DNA of 64,000 bases from Negativicutes bacterium. GTDB lineage: Bacteria; Bacillota; Negativicutes; JAAYSF01. Both the position numbers and the translations under genes were made by a program. The DNA is taken from the NCBI GenBank assembly GCA_028707635.1, contig JAQWAQ010000004.1, positions 2,548 through 66,547 on the forward strand, written 5' to 3'. The notes beneath the pieces are model-generated. The model was not told the DNA's origin, ran no database searches, and was given only the letters and a program-made list of their open reading frames with translations. Of this stretch, positions 18,830 through 29,022 are shown piece after piece (the first letter of the stretch is position 1; each line of letters opens with the position of its first letter).

Positions 18830-19936
18830 CTACACGTTAAATCTAAAGTAAGTTACATCCCCATCTTTCATAACATACTCCTTGCCCTCGAGCCGAACAA
18901 GACCTTTTTCCCGAGCGGCCACCTGACTGCCGGCTGTCATTAAGTCATTAAAAGATACAATTTCGGCCCTGATAAAGCCTCGTTCAATATCGGTATGGAT
19001 TTTTCCGCCCGCTTGAGGCGCTTTCGTTCCATTTACAATCGTCCACGCTCTGACCTCCTGCTCACCAGCCGTAAGGAAAGTCAATAACCCTAATAGTTTG
19101 AAGGATGCTCTAATCAGTTTGTCAAGGCCGGATTCGTTGAGTCCAAGTTCGGCCAAAAACTCTTTAGCGTCCTCGTCAGATAACTCCGCAATCTCAGACT
19201 CCACTTTAGCTGATACAGCGATTACTTCTGCCCCTTCTTGGACGGCATATTCTTTTACCCGCCGGACATACTGGTTATCATCAGGATTGGCAACTTCCGC
19301 TTCGCTGATATTGGCGACAAACAATACCGGCTTTAATGTCATGAGATTAAGATCCCGAATCAGTACAGCCTCGTCTTCTGTCATTTCTACCCGGCGAGCT
19401 GGCAAAGCTTGTTCCAGCACCTCTTTGATACGAGCCAAAATAGCCATTTCCTGTTGGGCTTTCTTGTCGCCGCTTTTAATTAACTTCTGAGTGCGGTCCA
19501 TACGTTTTTCCAATGTTTCTAAGTCTGCCAAGCACAGTTCGGTATTTATAATTTCAATATCGCGCAGCGGATCTAGATCACCTTCCACATGGGTAATGTT
19601 TTCATCTTGAAAACAGCGCACAACTTGCGCCACCGCATCTACCTGACGAATGTGGGCTAAAAACTTGTTGCCCAGACCTTCGCCCTTGGAGGCGCCCTTT
19701 ACCAAACCAGCAATATCTACAAAGCGCATTGCCGCCGGAATAATCCGCTTAGAATTATACATTTCCACCAGTTTTTGAAGCCGGGCATCAGGAACTTCCA
19801 CCACCCCTATATTCGGCTCAATCGTGCAAAAAGGGTAGTTGGCGGCTTCTGCTCCCGCCTTGGTAATCGCATTAAACAAAGTACTCTTACCGACATTCGG
19901 CAAGCCTACAATGCCAACTTCTAGATTAGTGCTCAT
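18830..19936 (-). CDS. ychF: Redox-regulated ribosome-binding ATPase YchF
   Basis: [25 protein letters not shown], an Obg-like GTPase G domain plus a C-terminal TGS domain. Start taken at the internal ATG (MSTN). Confidence 0.9.
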   Translation of the reverse strand: MSTNLEVGIVGLPNVGKSTLFNAITKAGAEAANYPFCTIEPNIGVVEVPDARLQKLVEMYNSKRIIPAAMRFVDIAGLVKGASKGEGLGNKFLAHIRQVDAVAQVVRCFQDENITHVEGDLDPLRDIEIINTELCLADLETLEKRMDRTQKLIKSGDKKAQQEMAILARIKEVLEQALPARRVEMTEDEAVLIRDLNLMTLKPVLFVANISEAEVANPDDNQYVRRVKEYAVQEGAEVIAVSAKVESEIAELSDEDAKEFLAELGLNESGLDKLIRASFKLLGLLTFLTAGEQEVRAWTIVNGTKAPQAGGKIHTDIERGFIRAEIVSFNDLMTAGSQVAAREKGLVRLEGKEYVMKDGDVTYFRFNV

Positions 19937-20032
19937 TATCTTATTCCACCTTAATTTATATTTCACGCAACCTGCCGTCTCTCAGCAAAGCCAGTCAAGT
20001 CTTTCTAATTTTAGATGATTTGCTCAACAAAT

Positions 20033-20227
20033 TCAATAGCCATCCTCATCAAGCTTATGGTTCTTTTTCAACCAGGCATATTTTAACCTTGCTACCCCTA
20101 AGATGACGAGCAAGGATCCTAAGACAGTACTAAGCGAGAGATCAAATACCCGGCCGTAATCTGTGCCGAGCGAAATCAAGACAACCCCTGCAGTAAACGT
20201 TGCCGTTCCCAAAACATAGTGAAACAT
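20033..20227 (-). CDS. Small two-TM membrane protein (hypothetical)
   Basis: 64 aa from the ATG at 20227, with RBS AGGAGG 6 nt upstream. Two hydrophobic helices. Directly follows the DUF951 gene. Confidence 0.45.
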   Translation of the reverse strand: MFHYVLGTATFTAGVVLISLGTDYGRVFDLSLSTVLGSLLVILGVARLKYAWLKKNHKLDEDGY

Positions 20228-20237
20228 AGCCTGCCTC

Positions 20238-20438
20238 CTACTCTTGGAGCCCTTTTTCGACAATCGACCTTACCGCCTTTTCAAACTTAGGCCGCGGCAC
20301 CATAACCCGCCGGCCACACCCCAGGCATTTAAGCCCGAAATCAATGCCGGTACGGGTAACTTCCCAGCGGTTTGAGCCGCATGGATGTTCTTTTTTCATG
20401 ACAACAATATCACCAACATTATAACGAACAAAATTCAT
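20238..20438 (-). CDS. DUF951 family protein (YyzM-like)
   Basis: 66 aa, MNFVRYNVGDIVVMKKEHPCGSNRWEVTRTGIDFGLKCLGCGRRVMVPR. DUF951 proteins are conserved next to ychF in Firmicutes. Confidence 0.65.
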   Translation of the reverse strand: MNFVRYNVGDIVVMKKEHPCGSNRWEVTRTGIDFGLKCLGCGRRVMVPRPKFEKAVRSIVEKGLQE

Positions 20439-20443
20439 TTTCT

Positions 20444-21268
20444 CTACCCACCTTGCTTAATCGTAAATACGGCCGGTACGGGAATCCCCGCCTTATCAAA
20501 CAGTAATTTTATCTTATAGCGCAGGGCCGCTTCAACCTTTACCTGTTGGAGTGGAATCGTCTTGGCTGATAGCCGGGCTACAATTTCACCTGGCAGAAAA
20601 TCAACTACACCGACAATACTGGGTCCTTCCAAAACCTCGGGCATCGTTTTACCGATTTCTACACAGGCCTCATCTAAGAGAGCTAGTACTTTGTCAAGAT
20701 CGGCCTGATAGGCAATTGGAACATTGACAGTCGCTACCATATGGCCTCTGTTATAATTACTAACCCGCGATATAACACCATGCGGTATGATGTGCAGTAC
20801 CCCGTTGGCATCGCGCAGTTTTGTCACCCGAAAACCGATATCCTCGACAGTTCCCGCCATATCCTCAAGAACAATATAATCACCGACCGAATACTGGTCT
20901 TCCAAAATCATAAAAAATCCGGTAACAAAGTCTTTTATTAAGCTTTGCGCGCCAACCCCGATAGCCAGGCCAATAATCCCGGCACCAGCAATGATTGACG
21001 TTGTGTCAATATTAAACTCCCGCAACAGTTGCATTATGGTAATGATATAGATCCCATACCGGATAAAACTCTGGAGTAGATGACTAAATGTCCTGGTCCT
21101 TTTTTCGTCAAATTTTAATGTTTTGGAACCCATGGCAGAATTAAACAAGCGGCCGGCAATAAAACTTAACACCGTTAATATCAGCCAAGCAACGAGGATA
21201 ATAAGAACCACTCTTATAATCTTATTGCTGGCTGCTAACCAGAAATCGGATGTCATCAAATCAATCAT
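20444..21268 (-). CDS. Small-conductance mechanosensitive channel (MscS family)
   Basis: 274 aa with N-terminal TM helices and the MscS beta-domain motif (AGAGIIGLAIGVGAQSLIKDFVTGFFMILEDQYSVGDYI). Confidence 0.9.
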   Translation of the reverse strand: MIDLMTSDFWLAASNKIIRVVLIILVAWLILTVLSFIAGRLFNSAMGSKTLKFDEKRTRTFSHLLQSFIRYGIYIITIMQLLREFNIDTTSIIAGAGIIGLAIGVGAQSLIKDFVTGFFMILEDQYSVGDYIVLEDMAGTVEDIGFRVTKLRDANGVLHIIPHGVISRVSNYNRGHMVATVNVPIAYQADLDKVLALLDEACVEIGKTMPEVLEGPSIVGVVDFLPGEIVARLSAKTIPLQQVKVEAALRYKIKLLFDKAGIPVPAVFTIKQGG

Positions 21269-21489
21269 TGGGCGTCCTCCCTATAGCTGGCAAATTCCCA
21301 TAATAGCGTTCCTCCGCCTTGCGGCGAAACAGCTGTAGGTCTGTTAATACGCTGTTCAGTGTCTTTAGCCATTATTACGCTATCTTTTGATATTTATACC
21401 TAACCCCTAAAACTCCTCTTTTCCCCTTTATTTTAACCAATTAGCCGTGCTACGCATATAATGCTTTAGCAATCACAAGAGGTGATCCT

Positions 21490-22143
21490 ATGCGACAAAC
21501 TACTACGGTGATCGTCCCCTCCCTAACTGAGGTAATCTTATCTGATGTAAATGCCATAATCCCTAATTTTTCCTCATTGGTATCATCCTACCGCCTGTTG
21601 GTGGGGTCAGCGGAAGAGATTAAACGCATCCCCGGCGTTCCTGAAGAGATGTTTGAACGGGCTGTTTTGCGGTTTGATCACTGCGGAACCCTCATTGATA
21701 TTCTACTTGAACTTTTATGCTGTAAAATTGCGTTCAGCAGCGATTTCTTAAGTATTACCTGTGCCCCGCTTGACATCTTTCAGTTAATCACAACCGACCG
21801 TTGTCCTGAAACAAATACCCCGGCCGGCGCTGCCGAACTCATTATTCTGCTTGAACTCGTTAGACGGCTTTTAGAAAACGGCTGTGATCTGTCCTGTTTT
21901 GGCCCTGCACCGCCCATCGGTGATGAATCACCGTCCCCACCACCCGCAGCTCCACCTCCAACGCAAAGTAAAGCGGTATCAAACCAGACAAATTGTCCCG
22001 AACAGTCAGTAATCCAATGCCCGCCCCTGAAAACCGATTGTATCAGCCCCGAGCTCCTTGACCTTATTGTTAAAGAGGCCTTAGCCGCACTGCAGCCCCA
22101 GGATCCCCAAAAGCAGGTAAGTAAAAAAGGCTCCGGCATCTAG
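21490..22143 (+). CDS. Hypothetical Cys- and Pro-rich protein
   Basis: 217-aa ORF with strong RBS AAGAGGTGA and 5-nt spacing. Has a low-complexity Pro-rich segment (SPSPPPAAPPPTQ) and about 13 Cys. The opposite-strand ORF 21780..22139 looks like a shadow. Confidence 0.5.
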   Translation: MRQTTTVIVPSLTEVILSDVNAIIPNFSSLVSSYRLLVGSAEEIKRIPGVPEEMFERAVLRFDHCGTLIDILLELLCCKIAFSSDFLSITCAPLDIFQLITTDRCPETNTPAGAAELIILLELVRRLLENGCDLSCFGPAPPIGDESPSPPPAAPPPTQSKAVSNQTNCPEQSVIQCPPLKTDCISPELLDLIVKEALAALQPQDPQKQVSKKGSGI

Positions 22144-22156
22144 CCAGAGTCTTTAA

Positions 22157-23077
22157 CTATTTCTTGTCGCATTCACCAGCCCGCGGACAGCTGCCAAAAC
22201 CATCATGATAGTCACAAGGTTCAAGATGAATTACAACATCACACAGCCCGAATTGACATTTTATTTCGCCCTCAATCTTGTCACATACGGTATGCGCTTT
22301 ATCGAGGTGCATATTTTTACTCAAAATAATATGCATGTCAATGAGGCGATAGCTGCCGGAACGGCGTGTCCGCAGGCGATGAAAGGAAATAACCTCAGGG
22401 TGCTTATTTATAATAGCAGCAATCACCGCTTCTTCTTCAGGCGGCAATGCGATGTCAGTCAATTCATACAGACTTTTTTTCGTCATCCCGTAACCGGCCT
22501 TAAAGACGATAAGCGCCACAACAATAGCAATAGCTGGGTCAATCCATGCCATGCCGGTAACCTGAATAATGGCCAACCCAATCAATACACCAACAGATGT
22601 CCAAATGTCAGCCCGTAGATGTAGCGCATCGGCTTCAAGGGCATGGGACTCGGTTTTTTTGGCCACTGCCATCAACCGCCCTGATACATAGTAATTTACG
22701 ATAATAGAAAAGGCCATAATTGCCAACCCATACTCGATAAACTCAGGTACATTAGCAGTCGTAAATTTCTTAAATGCTTCATATAGAATCAGAACAGCTG
22801 CCAAAATAATCAGGACTGCCTCAATTGCCCCTGACACATTCTCAATCTTGCCGTGACCATAGGCATGGTTTTCATCAGGGGGCTTCCCTGATTTTCGCAC
22901 AGCGTAAAATGCCACAATTGCTGCAATAAGATCGACTGCAGAATGTGCTGCTTCAGAAATAATACTGATCGCCCCAGTGTACAGACCGACAACTAACTTA
23001 AGGAGGACAAGCACCGAATTGGAGATGATCGACAGACGAGCCGTATTTTGTTTTTCTTCCCTAAAATCAGTTTCCAT
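22157..23077 (-). CDS. Cation diffusion facilitator family transporter
   Basis: CDF signature at TM2 (SEAAHSAVDLIAAIVAF), the HxxxD motif and a C-terminal cytoplasmic domain. Start taken at METDF, with RBS GGAGGGG. Confidence 0.85.
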   Translation of the reverse strand: METDFREEKQNTARLSIISNSVLVLLKLVVGLYTGAISIISEAAHSAVDLIAAIVAFYAVRKSGKPPDENHAYGHGKIENVSGAIEAVLIILAAVLILYEAFKKFTTANVPEFIEYGLAIMAFSIIVNYYVSGRLMAVAKKTESHALEADALHLRADIWTSVGVLIGLAIIQVTGMAWIDPAIAIVVALIVFKAGYGMTKKSLYELTDIALPPEEEAVIAAIINKHPEVISFHRLRTRRSGSYRLIDMHIILSKNMHLDKAHTVCDKIEGEIKCQFGLCDVVIHLEPCDYHDGFGSCPRAGECDKK

Positions 23078-23250
23078 GACAACCCCTCCACAATTTGCTT
23101 TAAGCGTCCACCATAGCCAAGCAGAAAAACGCCTGCGGAATTGAGGTCCCACAGGCTATTTCTGCCGTACCAGCTGCACCGGACTTTTCGGCCGCTTGAT
23201 CCTTATTCCATTATATTAGCATTCCGCCAAAAGTGTGTAAATATTTTTTT

Positions 23251-23955
23251 CTATCCACCCAAATAAGCTTTGCGAACAGCTTCACTTGCCGCCAATTCCT
23301 CTGCAGTTCCGGAAAGCGTAATGCGCCCTGTTTCAAGAACATATGCTTTATGCGCAATCGACAGTGCCATATTTGCGTTTTGTTCAACAAGAAGAACCGT
23401 CGTCCCGCTAGCGTTGATCTCCTTGATAATCGAAAAAATTTCCTTTACCAACAGCGGGGCAAGTCCCATCGAGGGCTCATCAAGCAGTAGCAGGCGCGGC
23501 CGACTCATGAGGGCCCTCCCCATTGCCAGCATCTGCTGCTCCCCACCTGACAGCGTTCCGGCCATTTGGGGCTTCCGTTCAGCAAGCCTGGAGAATCGAC
23601 TGAATATCTTATCCATATCCTCACGAATCCCTTTGCTATCGCTTCGGGTATAAGCACCTAACTCCAAATTCTCAAGCACTGACATATTGGCAAAAATACG
23701 CCGGCCCTCGGGCACTTGCGAAATTCCTAATTTAACGATATTATGGACCGCCATCCCGGCGATGCTCTTGCCTTCAAACATCACTTGCCCTGCTTTGGGC
23801 TTTAATAGTCCTGATATCGTTCGCAGCGTAGTACTTTTTCCGGCCCCGTTAGCCCCAATCAACGTGACAATTTGACCTTCCTCAACAGTAACACTGACGC
23901 CTTTAAGCGCGTGAATAGCCCCATAATAGACATTGATATCATTAATCTCCAGCAT
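23251..23955 (-). CDS. livF: Branched-chain amino acid ABC transporter ATP-binding protein LivF
   Basis: Walker A GANGAGKST, the LSGGEQQMLAMGRAL signature and Walker B LLLLDEPS. Confidence 0.9.
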   Translation of the reverse strand: MLEINDINVYYGAIHALKGVSVTVEEGQIVTLIGANGAGKSTTLRTISGLLKPKAGQVMFEGKSIAGMAVHNIVKLGISQVPEGRRIFANMSVLENLELGAYTRSDSKGIREDMDKIFSRFSRLAERKPQMAGTLSGGEQQMLAMGRALMSRPRLLLLDEPSMGLAPLLVKEIFSIIKEINASGTTVLLVEQNANMALSIAHKAYVLETGRITLSGTAEELAASEAVRKAYLGG

Positions 23956-24722
23956 TAGTGGACCTCCTCCCCGAGGTAGGCTTCGATTACCCGCGGGTTA
24001 TTCTTAATCTCCTGCGGTGTGCCTTGGGCAATTATTGTTCCATAATCAAGCACGTAAATACGTTCACAGACACCCATAACCAAGCTCATATCATGCTCAA
24101 TTAAAAGGATTGTCAGCTTAAACTCATCTTTAATCCAGCGAATCATATCCATTAGCTTGTGTGTTTCTTGTGGATTCATGCCGGCAGCCGGCTCGTCAAG
24201 CAGCAGCAGCTTGGGTTGCGCAGCCAACGCCCGCGCGATTTCCAGTCGCCGCTGCTCCCCATAGGGTAGGTTTTTGGAAATCTCATCCTTTTTATCAGCA
24301 AGCTTAAAAATTTCTAAAAAACGCTCGGCTTTTTCCTCGATCTCGGCCTCTTCGCCGTGATACCGGCCAATCCGCAAAATTGATTCAACAAGATTGTACT
24401 TAACATGTGAATGGTACGCAATTTTTACATTATCAATTACACTCAGCTCAGAGAATAACCGGATATTCTGAAATGTACGAGCAATGCCGCGCTGGTTTAT
24501 CTCATAGGGCTTTAATCCTATCACGTTTTGACCGTCAAATTCGATTTCTCCTGTTGTCGGTTCATAAACGCCTGTCAATAGATTGAAGGCTGTTGTCTTA
24601 CCTGCACCATTAGGCCCGATTAAACCAATCAGCTCCCCGGCTGCAATCTCCATTGTAAAGTTAGACACAGCTTTTAGGCCGCCAAACATTTTCGACATAT
24701 TATTGACTTTAAGCAACGTCAC
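23955..24722 (-). CDS. livG: Branched-chain amino acid ABC transporter ATP-binding protein LivG
   Basis: Walker A GPNGAGKTT, signature LPYGEQRRLEIARAL and Walker B LLLLDEPAAG. Start and stop overlap livF. Confidence 0.9.
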   Translation of the reverse strand: MTLLKVNNMSKMFGGLKAVSNFTMEIAAGELIGLIGPNGAGKTTAFNLLTGVYEPTTGEIEFDGQNVIGLKPYEINQRGIARTFQNIRLFSELSVIDNVKIAYHSHVKYNLVESILRIGRYHGEEAEIEEKAERFLEIFKLADKKDEISKNLPYGEQRRLEIARALAAQPKLLLLDEPAAGMNPQETHKLMDMIRWIKDEFKLTILLIEHDMSLVMGVCERIYVLDYGTIIAQGTPQEIKNNPRVIEAYLGEEVH

Positions 24723-25671
24723 GTTTCTTACCCCCTGTCAGCCGGCCAAACAATTTGAGACTCAGCTCTTTGTTTCCAAACAACCCCTGCGGCCGGTAGA
24801 TCATCAAAATGATAAGCATCAATGAATAAACGACCATGCGCCACTCGGGATAGGAAGCTAGCGCCGCCGATATGAACGTCAGCAGGATAGCCGCGGTAAT
24901 TGAGCCTGTAATACTGCCTAAACCACCCAATACCGTCATTGTCAGAATGTCAAACGACTTCATAAAGGTAAAAGAGGCCGGATGGGCAATATAAAAATAG
25001 TGAGAGAACAACGCTCCAGCAACACCCGCAAAGGCCGCCCCAATGGTGAACGCCATTACCTTATATTTCGTTGTATCAATCCCCATGGCTTCAGCAGCAA
25101 TTTCATTTTCGCGTACCGAGATACACGCTCGGCCATGTGATGAGTTAACAAAGTTTTTGATAAAGAAAATCGTCACAATGACAGCAAGAAATGTCCAAGT
25201 AAATGTTGTATAACGGGGAATCCCCATAAGTCCGGTAGCTCCACCGAGATACGGAGTATTAAGAATCGATATGCGGATAATTTCGCCTAATCCCAAAGTA
25301 GCAATCGCCAAATAATCACCTGACAGCCTTAGGGTCGGCAAACCAATGAGAAAACCTAACAACCCGGCAGCTCCGGCACCGACAAGAATCGCTGCGATAA
25401 AAGGCAGCTGAAATTTCACAGTTGCCACAGCTCCTAAATAGGCACCGATGGCCATAAAGCCGGCATGACCAATTGAAAACTGACCGGCAAAGCCGGTAAT
25501 CAGATTTAAGCTTACTGCCAAGATGATATTGATTCCGATTAAAATTAGATTAAGCTCCCAAAATGGCCCTATTACGCCAAACCCAATCAAGCCTTGAAAA
25601 ATCGCATAAATCACGGCACAGCCGCCAAGCGCCAGTAAGTCTCGTTTGGTTGTGTTCTGCAATTTACTCAC
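24709..25671 (-). CDS. livM: Branched-chain amino acid ABC transporter permease LivM
   Basis: 320-aa polytopic permease of the LivHM family. Operon position between livH and livG. Confidence 0.85.
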   Translation of the reverse strand: MSKLQNTTKRDLLALGGCAVIYAIFQGLIGFGVIGPFWELNLILIGINIILAVSLNLITGFAGQFSIGHAGFMAIGAYLGAVATVKFQLPFIAAILVGAGAAGLLGFLIGLPTLRLSGDYLAIATLGLGEIIRISILNTPYLGGATGLMGIPRYTTFTWTFLAVIVTIFFIKNFVNSSHGRACISVRENEIAAEAMGIDTTKYKVMAFTIGAAFAGVAGALFSHYFYIAHPASFTFMKSFDILTMTVLGGLGSITGSITAAILLTFISAALASYPEWRMVVYSLMLIILMIYRPQGLFGNKELSLKLFGRLTGGKKRDVA

Positions 25672-26568
25672 CTACACTTTCTCGCGCACATTTTTACCCA
25701 TTAGCCCGGACGGCTTAAAGAGTAAAATAATGATCAGAATGCCAAAGGCAGCGGCATCCCGGAAGGTTGAGGAAATAAAACCACTGACCATTGCTTCAAT
25801 AATGCCCAAAATAATACCGCCAGCCATCGCTCCGGGAATCACTCCGATCCCGCCAAGAACGGCGGCAATAAAGGCTTTCAATCCAGGCATAATACCCATA
25901 AGCGGATCAATTGAATTATAGTAAATACCCACAAGCACACCGGCTGCCGCAGCCAGCCCAGAACCTACCGCGAAAGTAAAGGATATTGTCTGGTCAACAT
26001 TAATCCCCATCAGCTTAGCAGCATCAGTATCAAACGATACGGCCCGCATAGCCTTGCCGGCTTTAGTCTTTTGGACTACATACGTTAAAATAATCATCAG
26101 TGCAATGGATATGGCTAAAATAACAATTTGCTGACTGTTGATCACTATCCCTCCGAAATTATAAAGCTCGGCGGCAAAAACAGCCGGGAATGTCCGCGGC
26201 TGCGGAGTTACCAACAGCATACCGCCGTATTCCAAAAAGAGTGACACGCCAATCGCTGTAATCAAAATAGCAATCTTGGGCGAATTCCTTAGCGGTCGAT
26301 AGGCCACCCGCTCAATAACCATACCAACAACAGCGGCAACGACCATCGCCATGAGCAACGCCGGGAAAAACGATAACTTTAAGATGGACGTGGCAAAGAA
26401 GCCTACATACGCTCCTACCATGTAGATATCGCCATGCGCAAAGTTGATTAACTTTAAGATACCATAAATCATCGTATACCCAAGAGCGATAAGGGCATAA
26501 ATACTGCCCAATGAAACACCGTTAATCAGTTGCTGAACAAACTGATGAGCAATCGAACCTGCTTCCAT
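25672..26568 (-). CDS. livH: Branched-chain amino acid ABC transporter permease LivH
   Basis: 298-aa permease. Canonical LivH N-terminus FVQQLINGVSLGSIYALIALGYTMIYG. Confidence 0.85.
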   Translation of the reverse strand: MEAGSIAHQFVQQLINGVSLGSIYALIALGYTMIYGILKLINFAHGDIYMVGAYVGFFATSILKLSFFPALLMAMVVAAVVGMVIERVAYRPLRNSPKIAILITAIGVSLFLEYGGMLLVTPQPRTFPAVFAAELYNFGGIVINSQQIVILAISIALMIILTYVVQKTKAGKAMRAVSFDTDAAKLMGINVDQTISFTFAVGSGLAAAAGVLVGIYYNSIDPLMGIMPGLKAFIAAVLGGIGVIPGAMAGGIILGIIEAMVSGFISSTFRDAAAFGILIIILLFKPSGLMGKNVREKV

Positions 26569-26636
26569 AGTTTTTCCTCCTATCAGAAGAAGGGATAAGA
26601 CTATTAGCCTTATCCCTTCTTGCTTCTTTGCTAGAA

Positions 26637-27809
26637 TTAAGGATTAATCTTTTCGCGGAATGTTTGTTTGCCATCCTTTAATTCGATTATGACGGCGCTT
26701 TTAACGGCGTCATGTGTTTCGTTTAAAGTAATGCTTCCCGACACCGCAGCATAATTTTTAGTTTTGGCTAGTTCGTCTTTAATTTTAACAGGATCAAAAC
26801 TATTGGCCCGCTTCATTGCATCGATAACCATCATTGTTGCATCATAGGACAGAGCCGCAAATGCATCCGGTTTTGCACCATACTTTTTCTCATACGCGGC
26901 AACAAAGGCCTTAATCGCTGGACTGTTGTCATCAGGTGAATAGTGATTGGCAAAGAAGGCATTGTTTAACGCCTTAGCACCAGCAATTTCCGGTAGCTTA
27001 GCTGAATCCCAGCCATCGCCACCCAACACCGGCATGTTCAGACCAAGTTCCCGGCCTTGCTTGATAATCATCCCTACTTCTTGATAATAACCAGGGACAA
27101 AGATAACATCGGGCTTCGTTGAGCTTATCTTAGTAAGGGTTGCTTTAAAATCAGTATCTTTGGCCAAGTAAGCTTCCTGTGCTACAATTTTGCCGCCGTT
27201 CTTTTCAAAGGTTTCTTTAAAGAACTGTGCTAAGCCTTTAGCGTAATCGCTTGAATTATCGATATAAAGAGCTGCTGTCTTGGCGTTAAGCGATTTACTC
27301 GCAAAGTTCGCCATAACCGAACCTTGGAAAGGATCAATAAAGGCCGCTCTGAAGAGATAATCACGAACCTTACCTGTATCCGGGTTCACGGTAACCTTTG
27401 GATTAGAAGCGGTGGGGCTGATGGCCAAGACTTTATTGTCTTGATTGACTTGAGCTCCAGCAATTACACTTGACGATGCAATCGGAGCAATGATTCCCAC
27501 AACCTTATCTTGGGTAATCAGTTTTTGCATTGCATTGGCCGCTTCGGCTGCTTCGCTCTTATTATCAGCGACAATCAGCGCCAGCTTTTTACCATTAATT
27601 CCACCCTTGGCATTCACTTCTTCAATGGCCAATTCAGCACCATTTTTAGCCGACTGACCAAAGGTAGCATTATTACCTGTCATCTCGAGGTTCGCACCAA
27701 GTTTGACGACATCTGAGCTTGTTTGCTGACTGCAGCCTGATACTAAGGCCATTAACATAAGACCTGTGACTGCTAGACTTGCGAATTTCGCAAATTTTCC
27801 CTTACGCAA
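26637..27809 (-). CDS. livJ: Branched-chain amino acid ABC transporter substrate-binding lipoprotein (LivJ/LivK family)
   Basis: Periplasmic binding protein type-1 fold. Start assigned to the TTG at 27809, which gives lipoprotein signal MRKGKFAKFASLAVTGLMLMALVSGC after RBS GAGGAGG. The long ORF extends to 27899. Confidence 0.8.
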   Translation of the reverse strand: MRKGKFAKFASLAVTGLMLMALVSGCSQQTSSDVVKLGANLEMTGNNATFGQSAKNGAELAIEEVNAKGGINGKKLALIVADNKSEAAEAANAMQKLITQDKVVGIIAPIASSSVIAGAQVNQDNKVLAISPTASNPKVTVNPDTGKVRDYLFRAAFIDPFQGSVMANFASKSLNAKTAALYIDNSSDYAKGLAQFFKETFEKNGGKIVAQEAYLAKDTDFKATLTKISSTKPDVIFVPGYYQEVGMIIKQGRELGLNMPVLGGDGWDSAKLPEIAGAKALNNAFFANHYSPDDNSPAIKAFVAAYEKKYGAKPDAFAALSYDATMMVIDAMKRANSFDPVKIKDELAKTKNYAAVSGSITLNETHDAVKSAVIIELKDGKQTFREKINP

Positions 27810-28061
27810 AGTTTTTTCCTCCTCAATGATCATCCACACGTATCGCATTTCTATGCTCTCATGAAAGTTATTATAGGGCTTGGGTTCGTTCTCTGTCAAT
27901 ACTTCCCAGAGGGACTTCTTTGCAATTTGTCCTTATCCAAAAGACATAGTGTCAAAAACAATAGACAAATGCTTGATTTAATCCTCTCTATTAACTAAAT
28001 AGTGTTTAAAAGTTTTTTTATCGTTTAGCCCCGCACTTCGTAACTTGTACCATGTTTACAC

Positions 28062-28883
28062 TTAGTTATGATAGATTTTCGGGCGGCGGTGTTTCAAAAT
28101 TGGCAGTTCTTCCCTCACGCTAGCGATTGTTTTCAAATCAAGGACAATTGTCAACAGGCTTTCTGTCTCATCAGCTTCAGCTACAATTCTGCCCCATGGA
28201 TCAACTGCAATAGAATGGCCATAAGCCTGATATTTTGCCCCAAGTGTTCTAGCCGGGGCAGCTCCAATAACAAAAACCTGATTGTCAATCGCCCGCGCCT
28301 TCATTAAAAGCTCCCAATGAGCCGGGCCGGTAACTAGGCCGAAAGCCGCCGGATAAATCAGCACCTGCGCACCCCGATCTGTCATTTCCCGGGCCAGCTC
28401 AATAAACCGAATGTCATAGCAGATACCAATACCAAGCTTAACTCCGCATGCTGTTACCACGGTAATGTCATTCCCTGCTGTCAGGGTGTCAGATTCCTTA
28501 AAGACTGTTCCTGCTTTAATATCAACATCAAATAGATGCAGCTTGCGATGGCGGCCAATCAACTCCCCGTTTTCCGCAAAAATGAAACTGGTATTATAGA
28601 CCCGCTCTCCGTCCTTTTCAGGTATAGAGCCGCCGACAATGACGATATTCTCCTCTTTAGCCAGTCGTGCTAACAACCTAATTGTCTCCCCATTAGGAAA
28701 ACTTTCAGCATAGCTTGGAAACAACTCTGATTGGTAAGGGCAATTAAACATTTCCGGTAAAACAGCAATCTGACAGCCGCTTTTAGCAGCCCGCCTTACC
28801 ATCTCGGCCGCCTTGTGCAAATTTTCCGCCTTATTATCCACTACGGCCGGTTGGCATAAAGCCATCTTGATCATATCTGGCAT
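28062..28883 (-). CDS. Carbon-nitrogen hydrolase (nitrilase/omega-amidase family)
   Basis: The catalytic triad context E (VLPEMFN), K, C (GIGICYDIRFIE) is typical of Nit/CN-hydrolases. Start at MPDM, with RBS GGAGGT at 8-nt spacing. Confidence 0.85.
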   Translation of the reverse strand: MPDMIKMALCQPAVVDNKAENLHKAAEMVRRAAKSGCQIAVLPEMFNCPYQSELFPSYAESFPNGETIRLLARLAKEENIVIVGGSIPEKDGERVYNTSFIFAENGELIGRHRKLHLFDVDIKAGTVFKESDTLTAGNDITVVTACGVKLGIGICYDIRFIELAREMTDRGAQVLIYPAAFGLVTGPAHWELLMKARAIDNQVFVIGAAPARTLGAKYQAYGHSIAVDPWGRIVAEADETESLLTIVLDLKTIASVREELPILKHRRPKIYHN

Positions 28884-29022
28884 TCTCCATACCTCCCCAA
28901 ATCTAATGTCAACCCTCACTTCACCTTTCGGTTTTCTTTCTCCTGCCCGCACTCTCTTTAGCCTAAAAAACCCCACAAGGACGCAAGAGCTTACTTGCGT
29001 CCTTGTGGGGTTAACCTTTGCA

